This document shows, one piece after another, positions 1-13,195 of a DNA stretch of 64,000 nt. A program made the translations under genes and the position numbers. The notes under the pieces are model-generated. The model was not told the origin of the DNA, did not search any database, and saw only the letters and a program-made list of their open reading frames with translations. Where the stretch lies: assembly GCA_030390025.1 (NCBI GenBank), contig CM059432.1:22942001-23006000 (forward strand), given 5' to 3'. This stretch comes from Squalus acanthias. Its lineage: Eukaryota. The first letter of the stretch is position 1. The number at the start of each line of letters is the position of its first letter.

Positions 1-14
1 TTCCGAGCACTGCA

Positions 15-3000
15 ATGGCGGACACGAACGCAGTTTCCGTGAAACTGCTGGAGTTTTGGGAAAACCAGCCCGAAGCCTGGTTTCTCCAAGCCGAATCCCG
101 CTTCCGGCTGCAACACATCACCACAGATGGGACGCAGTACGACTACCTCGTCACATCACTCGGTAGCTCCACATTTACGAAGGTCTGGACAACGCTGCAG
201 AACCCACCAGAGGAAGGCAAGTATGCACATCTTAAGGAAGCGCTCCTTAAAAAATTTACGGCCTCGGCATACCAGCGAAACTGCCACCTCCTCGACCTTC
301 CAGGCCTCGGTAATACCTCACCGTCAGACCTCCTCTCCCACATGCTCTCCCTCACCGACGAGAGCCCACCCGGATCCCTCTTCCGCACGCTGTTCATCCG
401 CCAGCTACCTCTCAGCATCCGCCCAGCGATCGTGGCGTCCGGCCTCATGAACCTGGAAGCCCTGGCCGATGAGGCCGACAAGCTGCTGTCCGCTCACTCC
501 AGCCGCGACGTCACTCCGGACCTGGCAGCCAATGCCTGGGCGCGCCCCTCACCGGCCACCACGCGGCCACAAGGACCAGCCACCAGGCCCACGGGGCCTT
601 CGCGCCCCACTAACCCGGGCCACTGTTACTACCACGCACGGTTCGGCGCCAGGGCACAACGGTGCACACCTCCCTGCTCTTTCAAGTCCGCCCCCGTACC
701 AGCCCCCGTGATCGCCGTGGGCCACGCGGGCTCCCTGCTGTACATCACGGATGACAAAACCAGCCGCCGGTTCCTGTGCGACACTGGAGCTCAGCACAGC
801 ATCATCCCGGCCTCCTCCCTCGACATCCAAAAGGGCGAATGAGGACCGGCGCTGGCTGCTGCTAACGGCTCGGAAATCCGGACGTACGGCACCCGCACAG
901 TCACTCTCGACCTCGCTGGTCGCCACTACCGATGGGAGTTCATCACTGCCAAGGTGCTCTCCCCTCTCATCGGCGGAGATTTCCTGTGCGCCCACGGCCT
1001 ACTGGTAGACATCCCTCAACACCGCCTCGTGGACATGAACACCATGTCCCCCATCCTGGGCGCCATGGCCCCCCGTCAACCCGCCGACATGGCGTCACAG
1101 TGCCACGCCCGGGCCACGGATGACTACTCGGCACTCCTGGCCGAATTCTCGGCCCTTACCAATCCGACCTTCTCCACGGAGGCCGCCAAACACGGGGTGG
1201 AACACTTCATCCCCACCACAGGCCCCCCAGTGTACGCCCACGCCCGCAGGCTGGACCCGGCCAAACTGGAGATCGCACGGACCGAGTTTGCCACCATGGA
1301 ACAGCTCGGCATCATCCGCTGCTCCAACAGTCCCTGGGCCTCCCCACTCCACATCGCCCCCAAACCAGGCGGGGGTTGGCACCCCTGCGGGGATTACCGC
1401 CGCCTCAACGACGCCACCACCCCTGATCGGTACCCCGTGCCGCACATTCAGGACTTCTCGGCTAGACTGGCCGGCCGCTCAGTCTTTTCCAAGGTCGACC
1501 TGGTGCGCGGCTACCACCAAGTCCCCGTCCACCCCGCGGACGTCCCCAAGACGGCCGTAATCACCCCCTTCGGCCTGTTCGAGTTCCTGCGGGAGCCCTT
1601 CGGCCTCAAAAACGCGGCCCAGGCATTCCAACGGCTCATGGACTCGGTCCTTCGGGACCTGAAGTTCCTGTTCGTCTACCTGGACGACATCCTGGTAGCC
1701 AGTTCCTCCAAGCAGGAACACCTCGAACACCTTTGCATCCTGTTCGGGCGACCATGGGCTCATCCTCAGCCCAGCCAAATGCCAGTTCGGCCTGGACAAG
1801 ATCGACTTCCTCGGCCACCACATCACCCATGCTGGGGCCATTCCCTTGCCCACCAAGGTGCAGGCCGTCCAACAATTTCCCCGCCCCACCACCATCAAAG
1901 GCCTCCAGGAGTTCCTCGGGATGGCAAATTTCTACAACCGCATCATCCCCAAAGCGGCGTCCCTCATGAGGCCCCTGTATGAAGCCCTCCGGGGCAGGAG
2001 CGGCAAGATGGCGGTCGAATGGACGGCAGACGCGTCCGCCGCCTTCGACTCCACCAAGACCGCGCTCGCCAACGCCACCCTGCTCGCGCACCCACGGCCC
2101 AATGCCAGGGTAGCGCTCACCACGGATGCCTCCGACCACACGGTCGGCGCCATGTATGAGCAGTGGGTCGACGGTACCTGGCAACCACTTGCCTTCTTCA
2201 GCCGACAACTACGCCCCCCGGAGGTCAAGTACAGCACCTTCAACAGCGAGCTCCTCGTGCTGTTCCTGGCGGTCCGCCATTTTCAGTTTTTGCTGGAGGG
2301 CCACCCCTTCACTGCGTTTGTCGACCACAAGCCCCTGACATTCGCAATGGCAAAGACAACCGACCCCTGGTCCGCCAGGCAGCAGCACCAGCTCGCGGCA
2401 GTGTCCGAGTTCACCACGGACATCCAACACGTCTCCGGCCGAGACAATGTGGTAGCCGACTGCCTCTCCCGCCCCGCCATCCATGCCGCACACCTGGCAG
2501 TCGACTACGCTCAACTCGCAGCAGACCAGATCACCGACCCTGATCTGCTCTCCGCACCTACCAACCAACCAGGGCTACGCCTGGCCGACGTCGCCTGTGG
2601 CCCGACCGCAGTCACGGTCAAGTGCAACATATCCCTATGTCAACCTCGGCCCGTCGTCCCAGCGTCCTGGCACCGCCGGGTATTCGAGATTCTCCACAAC
2701 CTCTCCCAACCCGGCGCCCTCGCATCCATCAAATTGGTAGCCAACCGCTTTGTCTGGCGCGGCCTTCGCAAGGATGTGCGTACTTGGGCCAACTCCTGCC
2801 TAGCCTGCCAACGGGCCAAGGTACAGCAACACATGAAAGCACCCCTCGAGGAGTTTACCGTCCCTTCGCGTAGATTCAACCACATCCACGTGGACATCGT
2901 CGGGCCCCTGCCGCCGTCGCAAGGCCACACGCACTTGCTGACCATCATTGACCGCACCACGCGCTGGCCCGAGGCAATTCCACTGACCTCTACCACCACC

Positions 3001-3818
3001 GCCGACATCGCCAGAGCCTTCGTCAGCACCTGGGTCGCACGGTTCAGCGTCCCCTCCGACATGACGTCGGACAGAGGTCCGCAATTTACCTCTGAACTCT
3101 GGACCGCCGTCGCACGCAATCTCGGGGTGACCATTCACCGCACCACAGCGTACCACCCCCAAGCCAACGGACTGTGTGAGCGGTTCCACAGATCCTTGAA
3201 GGCATCTCTTCGAGCCAGCCTCCAGGACGGCGCCTGGACCGACCGACTTCCGTGGGTCCTCCTCGGCTGCGCACCGCGGTTAAAGAAGACCTCCACGCAT
3301 CGGCAGCAGAGCTCGTGTACGGTCAGCCGCTGCGCGTACCCGGCGAGTTCCTGCCCACCGCCACGACACCCTGGTCAGCCGACCAGCAACGCCACGACTT
3401 CGCCTCACCGGCGCTGCAGTTCGCCCCGGTGCCCATTGCCCGACACGGCGAATCCACCTCACACGTCCCACTAAGCCTGCACCAGGCACGGTTCGTTTTC
3501 GTCCGGCACGACGCCCACCGCGGACCCCTTCAACCCCCATACGACGGGCCCTACAAGGTGCTACAGGCTGGGGACAAATTTTTCACCCTGCAAGTGGGCG
3601 ACAGGACCGAGAAAGTGTCGGTTGACCGACTCAAGCCAGCACACTCGGAGCCCGGTGAGCAGGTCCCTGTAGCTTGTCCACCGCCACGCAGCCGACCTGC
3701 CCTCAAGCCGGTTCACCCGGCTGCTCCACGCCCGGCCGTTCCACGTCCACCGGCATCCTACAAGAGCCACTCCGGCCGGCCCATCAGACCGCCGCACCGT
3801 CTCGTCCACACCTCCTAA
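15..3818 (+). pseudogene. Disrupted gag-pol polyprotein
   Basis: Gag CYYHARFGARAQRCTPPC; protease FLCDTGA; RT YLDD; RNase H LTTDAS; integrase CLAC, HVDIVG/SDRG/CERFH, PYDGPY. In-frame TGA at 840-842, frameshifts near 1750 and 3265. Confidence 0.93.
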
Positions 3819-3838
3819 GCGGATTCTGGGGGGAGCTG

Positions 3839-4084
3839 TGTGGTGGATCGCCACCTAAACGGGCGCAATCCACTTTTCCGTCCATGGACAATATATTGGG
3901 CACCTTGCCTTTAAGGCACCTTGCCTTTAAGGCAGGAGAAAAGGAGTGGGCGGGGCCTTAGGATTTTTCCAGATAATTCTGTGAGCAGTTGTTTTCAGCC
4001 ATTTTGACCAGGCAGTTGTAATAAAAAGCTTTATGTCCCACACATGGACTCGGCCTTAATTCGTGTTTCGCGGCAGCCTCAACA
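3839..4084 (+). repeat. 3' LTR (~246 bp)
   Basis: Follows the PPT; starts TGTGG, ends CAACA; AATAAA at ~4020; internal tandem GGCACCTTGCCTTTAA x2. The 5' LTR is not available to confirm the ends. Confidence 0.75.
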
Positions 4085-4089
4085 AGACC

Positions 4090-4900
4090 ATAGTTACCAT
4101 GAATCTCATCGCCAAATACCCCACCTACCTTTCATATGTTGTGATATCAGCCACAGCCAGGAAGCTGTCAAGCTCACTGTTGAACACTTGCACATGCCAG
4201 CAACTTGTTCCAAAGGTCAATGAACTACTAGAAAAAGAAAAATCTCCTGACATCTAATTTAGTTCTATGCTTACATAACTTATATGCATGTCTCCTGGTT
4301 CTCCTAACTTATCGAATACAAACAGCCCATCTCCATAGGCACAATCTAGTCCCTTCATTATTTTAAAAGCCTCGATCAAATCCCCCCAAAATCTACACTT
4401 TACTAGAGTAGACCCAGCTCACTAAGCCTATTGTGCTAACTAAGAGCTTTTAAACTAAAAATAAATCTAATGGCCCTAATCTGAACTTTCTCCAGGGCCT
4501 CTATGTCACCAACTATGTGAGGGGACCCAGATAGTATTCCAGATACAGCCTAAACCCAGTCTTTTACAAGGATGATATAGTGCTTTTTGTTTTTATATTG
4601 CATCATCCAGCCATACATTCTAATATTCTGTTTTCTTTTGTTATAGCCTCATAGCACTGATCATGACCATTTAGAGATTCATGTATTGTAACACCTCGGT
4701 CTCGTTCCTGCTCAAAAGACCTTAGTTCAGAACTCTGCAGCGCATTAGCCCTACCCACAAGCATAGCACCATAATTATCTATATTAAATGACATCTGCCA
4801 GGTGTGGGCCCATTCCTCCGTCATATTTCAATCCAATTGTAGTTATTTCTTCCCTTCTATGGTTCTACTACTCACAGAAATCTTTGTATCATCTGCAAAC
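4090..4900 (-). mobile_element. Degenerate CR1 LINE 3' fragment
   Basis: ORF 4603-4824 WAHTWQMSFN...ERDRGV...ENRILECM resembles the CR1 RT C-terminus. Confidence 0.75.
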
Positions 4901-5100
4901 TACTAACTAAGTGGTTCCATATTCCTCAACACTTTGGCATGGCAAACTATGCTTTTGGCTAACATACAAATCTGTATTTCTTTTTGTGTTATTTCTTGTA
5001 CCCTCAGCAGCCTTTCTCTCAGAGAAATTCTGGTTTGCCACAAGTTATCCTGCCCTATTAGTGACTTTGGTCAAGTCTACAAATTCTCAGCTTTTACTAC

Positions 5101-6157
5101 AGGACTGATTTTAACTTGGAGCGTGAACTGGGTGGGCAGAAATCAGCAAATCCCCCTGACCTTGGCAGTGTAGTGAACAGATGATTTTAATTCCCCGGCC
5201 TCATCTTGGGTATGCTAGTATAGTGGTTATGTTACTGGACTAGTAATCCAGAGACATGAGTTCAAATGCCCACCATGGCAGCTGGGGAATTTAAATTCAA
5301 TTCAATAAATCTGGAATAAAAAGCTAGCATCAGTAATGGTGACCATGAAACTACTGGATTGTCATTAAAAACCCATCTGGTTCACTAATGTCCTTTAGGG
5401 AAGGAAATCTGCCGCCCTTCCCCGGTCTGGCCTATATGTGACTCCAGCCCCACAGCAATGTGGTTGACTTTTAACTGCCCTCTGAAATGGCCTAGCAAGC
5501 CACTCAGTTGTATTCAAGAAGGCGACTCACCACCACCTTCTCGAGGGCAATTAGGGATGGGCAATAAAAGCTGGCCTTGCCGGCGACGTCCACATCCTGT
5601 GAATAAATTTTTTTAAAGATCTGCAAGCTCCCCCAGTCAGTTGCCCGCCCAACAATGGCAGGAAGGGCAGGAGCGGAATGTCGGGCAGCAGGAGGTCGCC
5701 GACCGGGACCAAGGGCACGGTCACCGGCACTCAGGTTTGGGATTGGGTTTTCGGAAGGGTCTCAGGATTGGGAAGGGGAGGTAATCCCGAGGCACAGGAG
5801 GCCTAAACTTTCCTTGGACTTCCACTCCTCCTGGCCTCACAGGGAAAGTAAAAGGACTCACCTCTTTGGGCCTCTTCTAGCCAAGGCCCCTCATCCCGCT
5901 AGCCACAGTGGCTACCCCACTCAAGCCACCAGTTAAAATAACAGTCGGGTCCTGATGATGTCACTGATTTGCATATTTAAAGAAGAACCCCACCGGTTTC
6001 CGTAGGTGTCCTTGCCACCTGCTCAGAATTAAAATGAAGACTGTGGGAAGGGAGCGGGATGTCAGGGGGTGGGAGGCAGGGGCAGGTAGGTCTCCCGGCT
6101 GATTTTAAATGCCCACTTGCCCAGTCTCCACCAGCTGGCAGGGTTAAAATCATCCCT
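5101..6157. mobile_element. Harbinger-type MITE interrupted by a SINE
   Basis: Imperfect TIRs AGGACTGATTTTAAC / GTTAAAATCATCCCT; no ORF. Confidence 0.6.
5207..5617 (+). mobile_element. tRNA-derived SINE with LINE-derived tail
   Basis: A/B-box-like head (TAGTATAGTGG...GAGTTCAAATGCC); 3' ~90 bp matches the 3' end of the LINE at 63170-64000; related copy at 10860-11116. Confidence 0.8.
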
Positions 6158-6174
6158 TATGTGTTCATAATTTG

Positions 6175-6675
6175 TTGAATCATAGAATATCACAGTATAG
6201 AAACATGTCATTCAATCATCAAGTCAATGCCAGCATTTTTCTCCCAATGAATCACTGAGTCTAATCCCACACTCTTGCTTGTTCTCCATACCCTGCAATC
6301 ATAAAATCAAAGAATGTTACAGAACATTAGGAGGACATTCTTCCAGCTCCAGCTCCCTGAAAGACCTTTCCACCAAGTCTCTTTCCAATGAATATTACAC
6401 TGTTTCATACAACTGTCAAATTCCCTTTCAAAATTATTTATGGTTTCATCTTCAACAATGATTTATGTTCCACATTCTAATCATTCACTGTTTAAATTTA
6501 TGCTCTCATGTTACCATCTCACTCTCCTCATAACTGTTTCCCTGGTAACATCCCAGCGAATCTATGCTGCACCTGTTCCATTGCTTTTATATCCTTTCTA
6601 TATGAGTTATCCAGAACTGCAGTCTAAGTAAAGTCTTGTACAAGTTCAGCATTATCTCATAGCTTTTATATTTTA
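6175..6675 (-). mobile_element. Highly degenerate CR1 3' fragments
   Basis: GAATCATAGAAT tail and similarity to other CR1 3' ends in the window. Confidence 0.5.
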
Positions 6676-6679
6676 AAAT

Positions 6680-6975
6680 CATTCTTGGGATATTGGCGTT
6701 GCTAGCAAGGCCAACATTTATTGCCCATCGCTAGTTGTCCTTGAGAAGGTGGTGGTGAGCCTTCTTCTTAAACCGCTGCAGTCCCTGTTGTGAAGGTGCT
6801 CCTTAGGTAGTAAGTTCCAAGATTTTGACCCAGCGACGATGAAAGAACAGCGATTTATGTACAAGTCAGGATGGTGTGTGACTTGGAGGGCAACTTGGAG
6901 GTGATGTTGTTGCCATGCACCTGCTGCCTTTGTCCTTCTAGGTGGTGGAGGTCGCAGGTTTGGGAGGTGCTTGGC
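6680..6975 (-). mobile_element. 3' end of the LINE family seen at 63170-64000
   Basis: Direct similarity to 63170-63470 (CTTGAGAAGGTGGTGGTGAGCC...GATTTTGACCCAGCGACGATGAA). Confidence 0.85.
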
Positions 6976-7054
6976 AGTTCCATTCGATATTAAGCTTCCA
7001 ATACTTTATCAACAACTGAAGTAAGACTAATTGGTTATAATTTTGTGGATTATT

Positions 7055-7458
7055 CAACCAAGGGTTAGATTATTAGGAGAGATTACATAAACTAGGTTTT
7101 GTATTCCCTGAAATATAGACAGTTAAGGGGTGATTTGATTGACGTTTTTACGATTTGGAAGGAATTGATGGGGTAGATCGCGAGAAGCTTTTCCGCTAGT
7201 AGGGGTGTCCAGGATGAGGGGAAATAACCTTAAAATCAGAGCCAGGCCTTTCAGGAGAAAAGTTAGGAAACACTTCTTCATGCAAAGGGTGACAAAAGTG
7301 TGAAACTCTCTCCCACAAAAAGCAGTAAATGCTAGCTCAACTAATAATTTTAAATCTGAGAACAGTAGATTTTTGCTAGCCGGTGGATACAGATCAGCCA
7401 TGATCTCATTGAATGGCTGAACAGGTTCGAGGGGCTGAATGGCCTACTTCTGTTCCGA
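7055..7458 (+). mobile_element. CR1 3' end
   Basis: Similar to the RT C-terminus and 3' UTR of 39700-40168 (GATCAGCCATGATCTCATTGAATGG). Confidence 0.8.
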
Positions 7459-7459
7459 T

Positions 7460-8280
7460 GGGCAGGATTTTAACTTGGAGGTGGGTAGAGAGTGAGGGGG
7501 CCTGGTTTACAGTCGGGAAACCCGGAAGAACGGGCTTCCCTCAAGCCTTGCCGAATTTAATGGCAGGGCCTGGTTAATATTTGTTTTCTCTGTTTGCCGC
7601 CCACAGCCGGCCAGATTGAGAGACTGGCTGGCTGTCGGGCAGGTAGGCCTGTGGCACCAGGCCACAGCCAGGGAGCAGAAGGGAGGGAGGGTTCAGAGGC
7701 CGGGGTGGGGGGTGCCAGGGACCGGAGGTCGGAGGGGGTTGGAAGGTTGAGATCGGAGGGAGTCTGAAGGCCGGGATCGGAGGGAGTCTGAAGGCCGGGA
7801 TCAGAGGGGGTCGGAGATTGGGGGAGGTGGGTGTCTGAAGGCCGAGATTGGGTGGATCAGAAGGCTGGAATTGGAGGCGGGCGGTATCGGGCGAGAGTCG
7901 AAAGGCTGGGATCGGTGGGGGTCGGAAAGCCAGATGGTGGGGGTGTCAGTGATCGGGGCTCGGAGGCCGGGGGCCGGGGATCGGAAGGTCGGAGGGGTGT
8001 CGAAGATCGGGGGTCGGGGACCGGAGGCCAGAGTGTAGGTCATGGGCCAGGGGCCAGGGATCAGAAGGCTGGAGGAGGGGTGGCTGCCGCTCTTTCGCCA
8101 GCTGGTAGTGGGTCCTGTAGTGGGCGCCATATTATTCTCCCCCTTTGTGCTGCCAGTAACTGGCAGCGCCCTGGAAAAAAAAATGGTGGCATGATGACGT
8201 CAATCGGCATGCAACGCCGACTTAACGTCACCAATGCGAACTTCGACCCTAGCGCTGAATTCAGTGCTGGGTCCTAAGCA
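7460..8280. mobile_element. MITE with G-rich internal tandem tract; same family as 53501-54507 (opposite orientation)
   Basis: Left end GGGCAGGATTTTAAC; 7460-7680 matches the reverse complement of 54300-54507. Confidence 0.65.
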
Positions 8281-10609
8281 ACACCAGGTTAACTTAAATG
8301 GAAAGAAAATAATGTGTAAAGAATATAAAAGGAATCTGGGGGTCGTGATTGACAATAAATTGAAGCTATGCAACAACGCCCGGTGTTGGTGAGTAAAGCA
8401 AAACAGATTTGGGATGTATTAAAAGAACAATAGGAGCTAATTTTTTTTCAATGTTCTACTTTTGAAGGATCAGGAGTGCTACTCCTGGATCCACAAAAGT
8501 ACTGTGGACCGCTGCCAGCCTGGGCTCCCCCCACTTGGCTTCACCTCGCCACCCCATCCCACCTCCGAAGACCCTCCTGCAGGCCGGCTCACGGTGGAGC
8601 TGACTGGAATGCGTCATACCCTGCTTCCATTCAAATACGGCCCGAGGCTGAATTTTGCTTGAGCTCCACGCTGGGCACTCGATCTGCCAATTTGGGCGCA
8701 AGTCTAATTTCTTCCCCATTATCTTTGGGAGACGGGAGAGAAACGAGAAATGAATTGGAAATAGAGAGTAATATTACTAAAAAGAAAACTGCATCACGAG
8801 CATCCAGGTTGTAACACAGCTAATAAAATTTGAACTGTCTACATCTATATCACCCCACGACTGTAGAGTACCAAAGGTCTTAGTTATTACAGTGTATAGC
8901 GCAGTAGAGTGAACATTATAGGGATTTTTAATAAAGTGTTTATGTTATAATATCAATGCTTCCCAGCAGGTTTCAAACATTCTACGTTCTATGATTTTTT
9001 TTTTCAAATCATTGATTCATCAATAGCTTTAGGTAATGGGTAAATGCACATCCCCCTCAGTTGCTATGAATTTAATCTCATCGAGCCCATTAAGTGACAA
9101 ATACTGCTATTACATTCAAAGGCACTATCGATGCTCATGTAATTTAAATGCGTGAGAGTGTGTAATGTTGCATGAATGCAACAAATAACTTTTAGCAAAC
9201 TTAACCTTATTCTCCAGTCTGCCTATTTCCTGGCAGTTAGTTGTAATTACCTTGCTTGTTTTCCTTGTATCCCCGAGGGACTTCTTGTGAGAATGTATCT
9301 GTGTTTACTGGCTAATGATTTTCGAGGCCATCAGTTCTGCAAAAGACTGTGCCGTGCTTTTACCTCAGTGTCAAGATACAGAACGCAAGCTGGTCGGACA
9401 GCATAGCAGAGTTTACAGATCTGATATGCATAGTTTGAGCACAATGGGGCATGAAAGCAATAGTGATTACATTTCCAGGCAAGACAAATATTGAAGGCTT
9501 TGAGCAGCAGGTTCTCTGCAGCTGATGGCATATTTATTCTTTTATATTAGGAAAGTGATTGGTCTGGAAATCGGGGCGCGATCCCAGCGCAGCACACAAT
9601 GAGGCAGGCGGCAGCACCATGGAAAATTGGTTTCGCTGGCCTCGTTTGTTGACTACCGGCACCAGTCGAGACCCCCCCCCCCCGAGGCAGCACTCGCCGG
9701 TCCCCGGAAGAACGAAAATTGGCCAACTCAGATCTCAGCATAGGCAGCAAGTAGAATCTGGAAGGGGGTGGCGAGGCAATCAGGAGGGTGGGCGAGCAGT
9801 GGTCGGCTGCGGCCTGCAATTTTAACGTGGAGCCAGGAGGAGCACTCGTCCTCCTCCCGACTCCACAAAAAAATATATATTTTTGGCTGCCAAGCGTCTG
9901 AGAATACCGACCGTAGCTTGCATGCTGCATGATGCCTCAGTAGGTTTGCAAATAAAAAGGGTAGGGTTCTGGACGCCTATAAGGAGTCTTTATCAGTAAG
10001 GCAGAAGGCGCACATCAGGCTTGAAATGTGCACGTGCATTCCACCCGCCCGCTTAGGTAACAGCAACAAATTTATCTGCCTCTTTGTTTTGCTTTCTTCT
10101 GGTTCTGACCAAAGGTTCAAATCCTCCAGGTTGCCGTAGATAACACTTGATACCATCCATAGTGGACATCAATGCATCCCTTGGGAATATGTCAGGGAGA
10201 AATTTGCAGTCTCTTTCCTCAGGAGGTTAAATTGGTTGTGTAAAGTCCAAGCTAGAGAGGAGAGCACACAGTTTGAAGAGCAGAGTGGGCAAGTGGCCTT
10301 TTCTCATCCCTTGCTTTGTAGTATTCTTATAATCATCTCTGCACTGGTAGGGATGAAATGAAGACACCATAACACAAGGGATTGGATGCCGATATCCTTG
10401 TTATATTTTTGGGTTGTTACTCTTTAAATTTTTCTCAGGTTCAGTGTCTCCGACCATTCCCGGGGGAAACCTCACTTCCTATGATCTGACCAATATGTAG
10501 GTATGTGTAATGAACCCAGGGAGCAAATGGAAAACCCTTGTTGCTGGTTATATCGCATGATTCATCTCAACTTTGGAAGGTGATAGATTAAACATTTAAA
10601 TAAATAAGT

Positions 10610-10850
10610 GAGTTTAACCAATGAGTAGCTGAATCATACAGACCAGAATGGTCCAAAATTCAATCCCTGCTCTATGCCAAATTGGTTGATCCCACCTAAG
10701 CAGCAGTAAAGGTGCTGCAATGGCATCAGTGTCCCTAACTTAGAAGGTTGAAATCAGCCTGGGTTCCCACTTCGATCACCATCCAGGGACTCCAACTGGG
10801 AGAGATGTAAAGTGGGCTGCGATTCGCTATCACTTATTTCACAAAGTCAG
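10610..10850 (+). mobile_element. Old SINE-like repeat family (also ~29030-29430 -, ~40380-40570 +, ~41910-42260 -, ~62700-62840 +)
   Basis: Mutual similarity (TACAGACCAG...GGTTTAATCCCTGG...AGTTGGCTGATCTCAG); B-box-like motif. Confidence 0.5.
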
Positions 10851-10859
10851 AATTATCCC

Positions 10860-11116
10860 CAACCGGTGTGGACTGGAGTCAGATAATCAGATAAGGCCGA
10901 CAAGATAAGATCCCTAAATTAGTTAATCAGTTGGGTTTTTACAACAATCCGACAGCTTCATGGCCACATTCACTGATACCAACTTTTTATTTCCAGATTT
11001 ATTTAAGATGAATTCAAATTCTCAAACTGCCATGTTGGGATTTAAACCCACATTCTCTGGATCGTTAGTCCAGCCCTCTGGATTACTAGTCCAGTAACAT
11101 AACTACTATGCTACCG
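10860..11116 (-). mobile_element. tRNA-derived SINE related to 5207-5617
   Basis: Reverse complement shares GTTATGTTACTGGACTAGTAATCCAGAG and AATCTGGAAATAAAAAG. Confidence 0.75.
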
Positions 11117-12084
11117 AAACCTTGAAAGCTGTTGCATATGTAACTGAGGGACTTTGGTTCTTTTGTATATACTTACCCAGAGACTGACATTGTGTTTATC
11201 AAGTAACTGATGGAAAATATTTTGGGTGGAGTCTTTCATTATAACTGGTGTGGTCAGTCCCATATGGTACAGTGTAGTGGTACAAACAAGCACAGTAGTT
11301 CAAGAAGAAGGCCCACTGTCACCTGCTCAGAGCAACTGGGGCTGATAGAAATACGCCCTTGCCAGTATTGCCCACATTTTGAGTTCTCCTGCATATGCCA
11401 GTTCTGATAAAAATGTCTTGCCTGAAACAATAACCAATTATTCTGTTTTTTTCTCTTTCAGATACTGACTGACCTACATTTCCTGCATTTTGCTTTAGAA
11501 TAATGCACTTCCTTATTCCATTGAAGGCTTTCATCATTCTTCACAGCGGGGGACTTCATTATCTGGTTTATATGTAGACATATTTTAAGCTATAAGCGTG
11601 TACATCATTCTGAGATTAAAAATAGGGAAGTATTTGCAACAACTGTTAAATATAATTGCCTAAAGCAATTTCTACCTTTGACCTCTAGAGTAGGCTATGG
11701 GATAGTTATGACTAAAAATGTCTCCATTCGAAGGGTAAGCATTTTCTATTGTTCTTCACCAGCGCGGCAGAGGCATCAGACCTTGAACCATGGCATCGTG
11801 ACACTTCCGCACACAACATAATTTCTCTTTGTGGTAATAATGGAGCTGTCCATGTTGAACTATAAAGTCCCAACAGCATGTCTGGAAAAAAGAGAGCATC
11901 AATAGTGAAAATAGTAGTAAACTGTTGCTGAGCACAGACCATCACTGTTTCACTGTTCCTTCCTGAAGCACTGAGGGACCCTGTAAATTTAATACAGTCA
12001 ATATGTAGTTTCACATGTATTTTTCTGGGTCTAGGGAAACACACTAAATCTGAAGGTTGTCATCAGCTCACAATGAAAAATAAT

Positions 12085-12722
12085 GTCCTAGAATTTGCTG
12101 TAAAAATGACTGCCAGTTCACGGCGCATGCCGTTATTAGTGCGTAAAAAAGCCAGCAATTTGTGGCGAGGAAGAGCTACGCCGTGAGTCGGGAATCACCA
12201 CAAATTGCTGGGCAATTTGCGCCGTTTTTCCATTAACCTCGCAAAAACGGGAGCTCGTCGTCAACCTCCCCTTGAGTGTTAAGAAATTGCTGGATTTGCA
12301 CCATAAATACAAATTAAACCAGCCGCACAAAGTTAGGGCTGCTATTTCACGGCGTAAGGACCCTGTTCGTGGGATGATTTATGATCCTGACATGCCACTC
12401 AACCCTGGAGGCCCAGAAAGGAAACAATTGAAACTGTGGAGTTTCACTTCTACAGGTAGTAAATTGTTCCTAGAGGTTTTTAAAATTAAAAATCTTAAAT
12501 GTTGTAATTTTTTTTTACTTTTCTTTTCTGTCTCTTTTTTTCCTCTCTTTTAATCAACTCGTTCTTTCCCTCTCTGTATTTCCTTCTATCTTTAAATTTC
12601 ATTGGTTAAGGAGATAAATTATTGATCTCATTATTCACCAAGGTCCCAGATGCCCCATTGACCTCATCATACTGTTATCAATTGGCACTTCCAACGTGCC
12701 CCACTCCAGCAAATTCTGGGCC
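12085..12722. mobile_element. Harbinger-type MITE
   Basis: TIRs GTCCTAGAATTTGCTG / CAGCAAATTCTGGGCC; AAT on both flanks. Confidence 0.8.
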
Positions 12723-13008
12723 AATACTTAAAGGGGAAGGAAAATATATGCAGCATACGCAGTCAGAAGCATGGCTCCCGATCATTTCCCTTGCTGGTCT
12801 AAAGTTGTGGTTCCCATTCAAATTAATGAAGCAAGGTAGAACACGGTGCTGGTTTTCATTAGTAAGGTCATCAGCATGACCCTAGAGAAATAATGGTGAA
12901 TCTCTCTCAACTTGGGAAATTTTGATCACAGTACAACATATATACATAGTTGTGTAAAGAGGAAAGAATGAACTTGAATTTATATAATGTCTTTCACATC
13001 CACAGGGT

Positions 13009-13195
13009 GGGATTGACTTTGGGTGATAGTGTACAACAGGCAACGTCAGATAAGCTGCCCGTTTTACTCTGCCACCCAAAGTTGGGAATGACTTCAATGG
13101 AAATTAAAATCGGGAGAGATGCATAATGGGCGATAACAGATCAGCGGCCCGTTATAAATCTCTCCCGATTTTCATTTCCACTGAAATCAATCCCA
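13009..13195. mobile_element. Short palindromic MITE (relatives ~23019-23200, ~58730-58930)
   Basis: GGGATTGACTTT...GAAATCAATCCC ends; internal inverted match AAAATCGGGAGAGAT / ATCTCTCCCGATTTT. Confidence 0.6.

Larger units (their letters stand above)
1..4084 (+). mobile_element. Ty3/Gypsy LTR retrotransposon (CsRn1-like, CHCC gag); 5' LTR lies outside the window
   Basis: Domain order gag-PR-RT-RNaseH-IN; polypurine tract GGGGGGAG at 3828-3835 followed by a TG...CA LTR. Confidence 0.95.

Noticed and set aside
840..842. Programmed stop-codon readthrough between gag and pol
   Set aside because: The TGA lies inside the protease domain after the DTG motif and the element has other lesions, so a nonsense mutation is more likely.
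127..3961. Many overlapping and antisense ORFs in the Gypsy element
   Set aside because: Expected shadow ORFs of GC-rich coding DNA; no recognisable domains.
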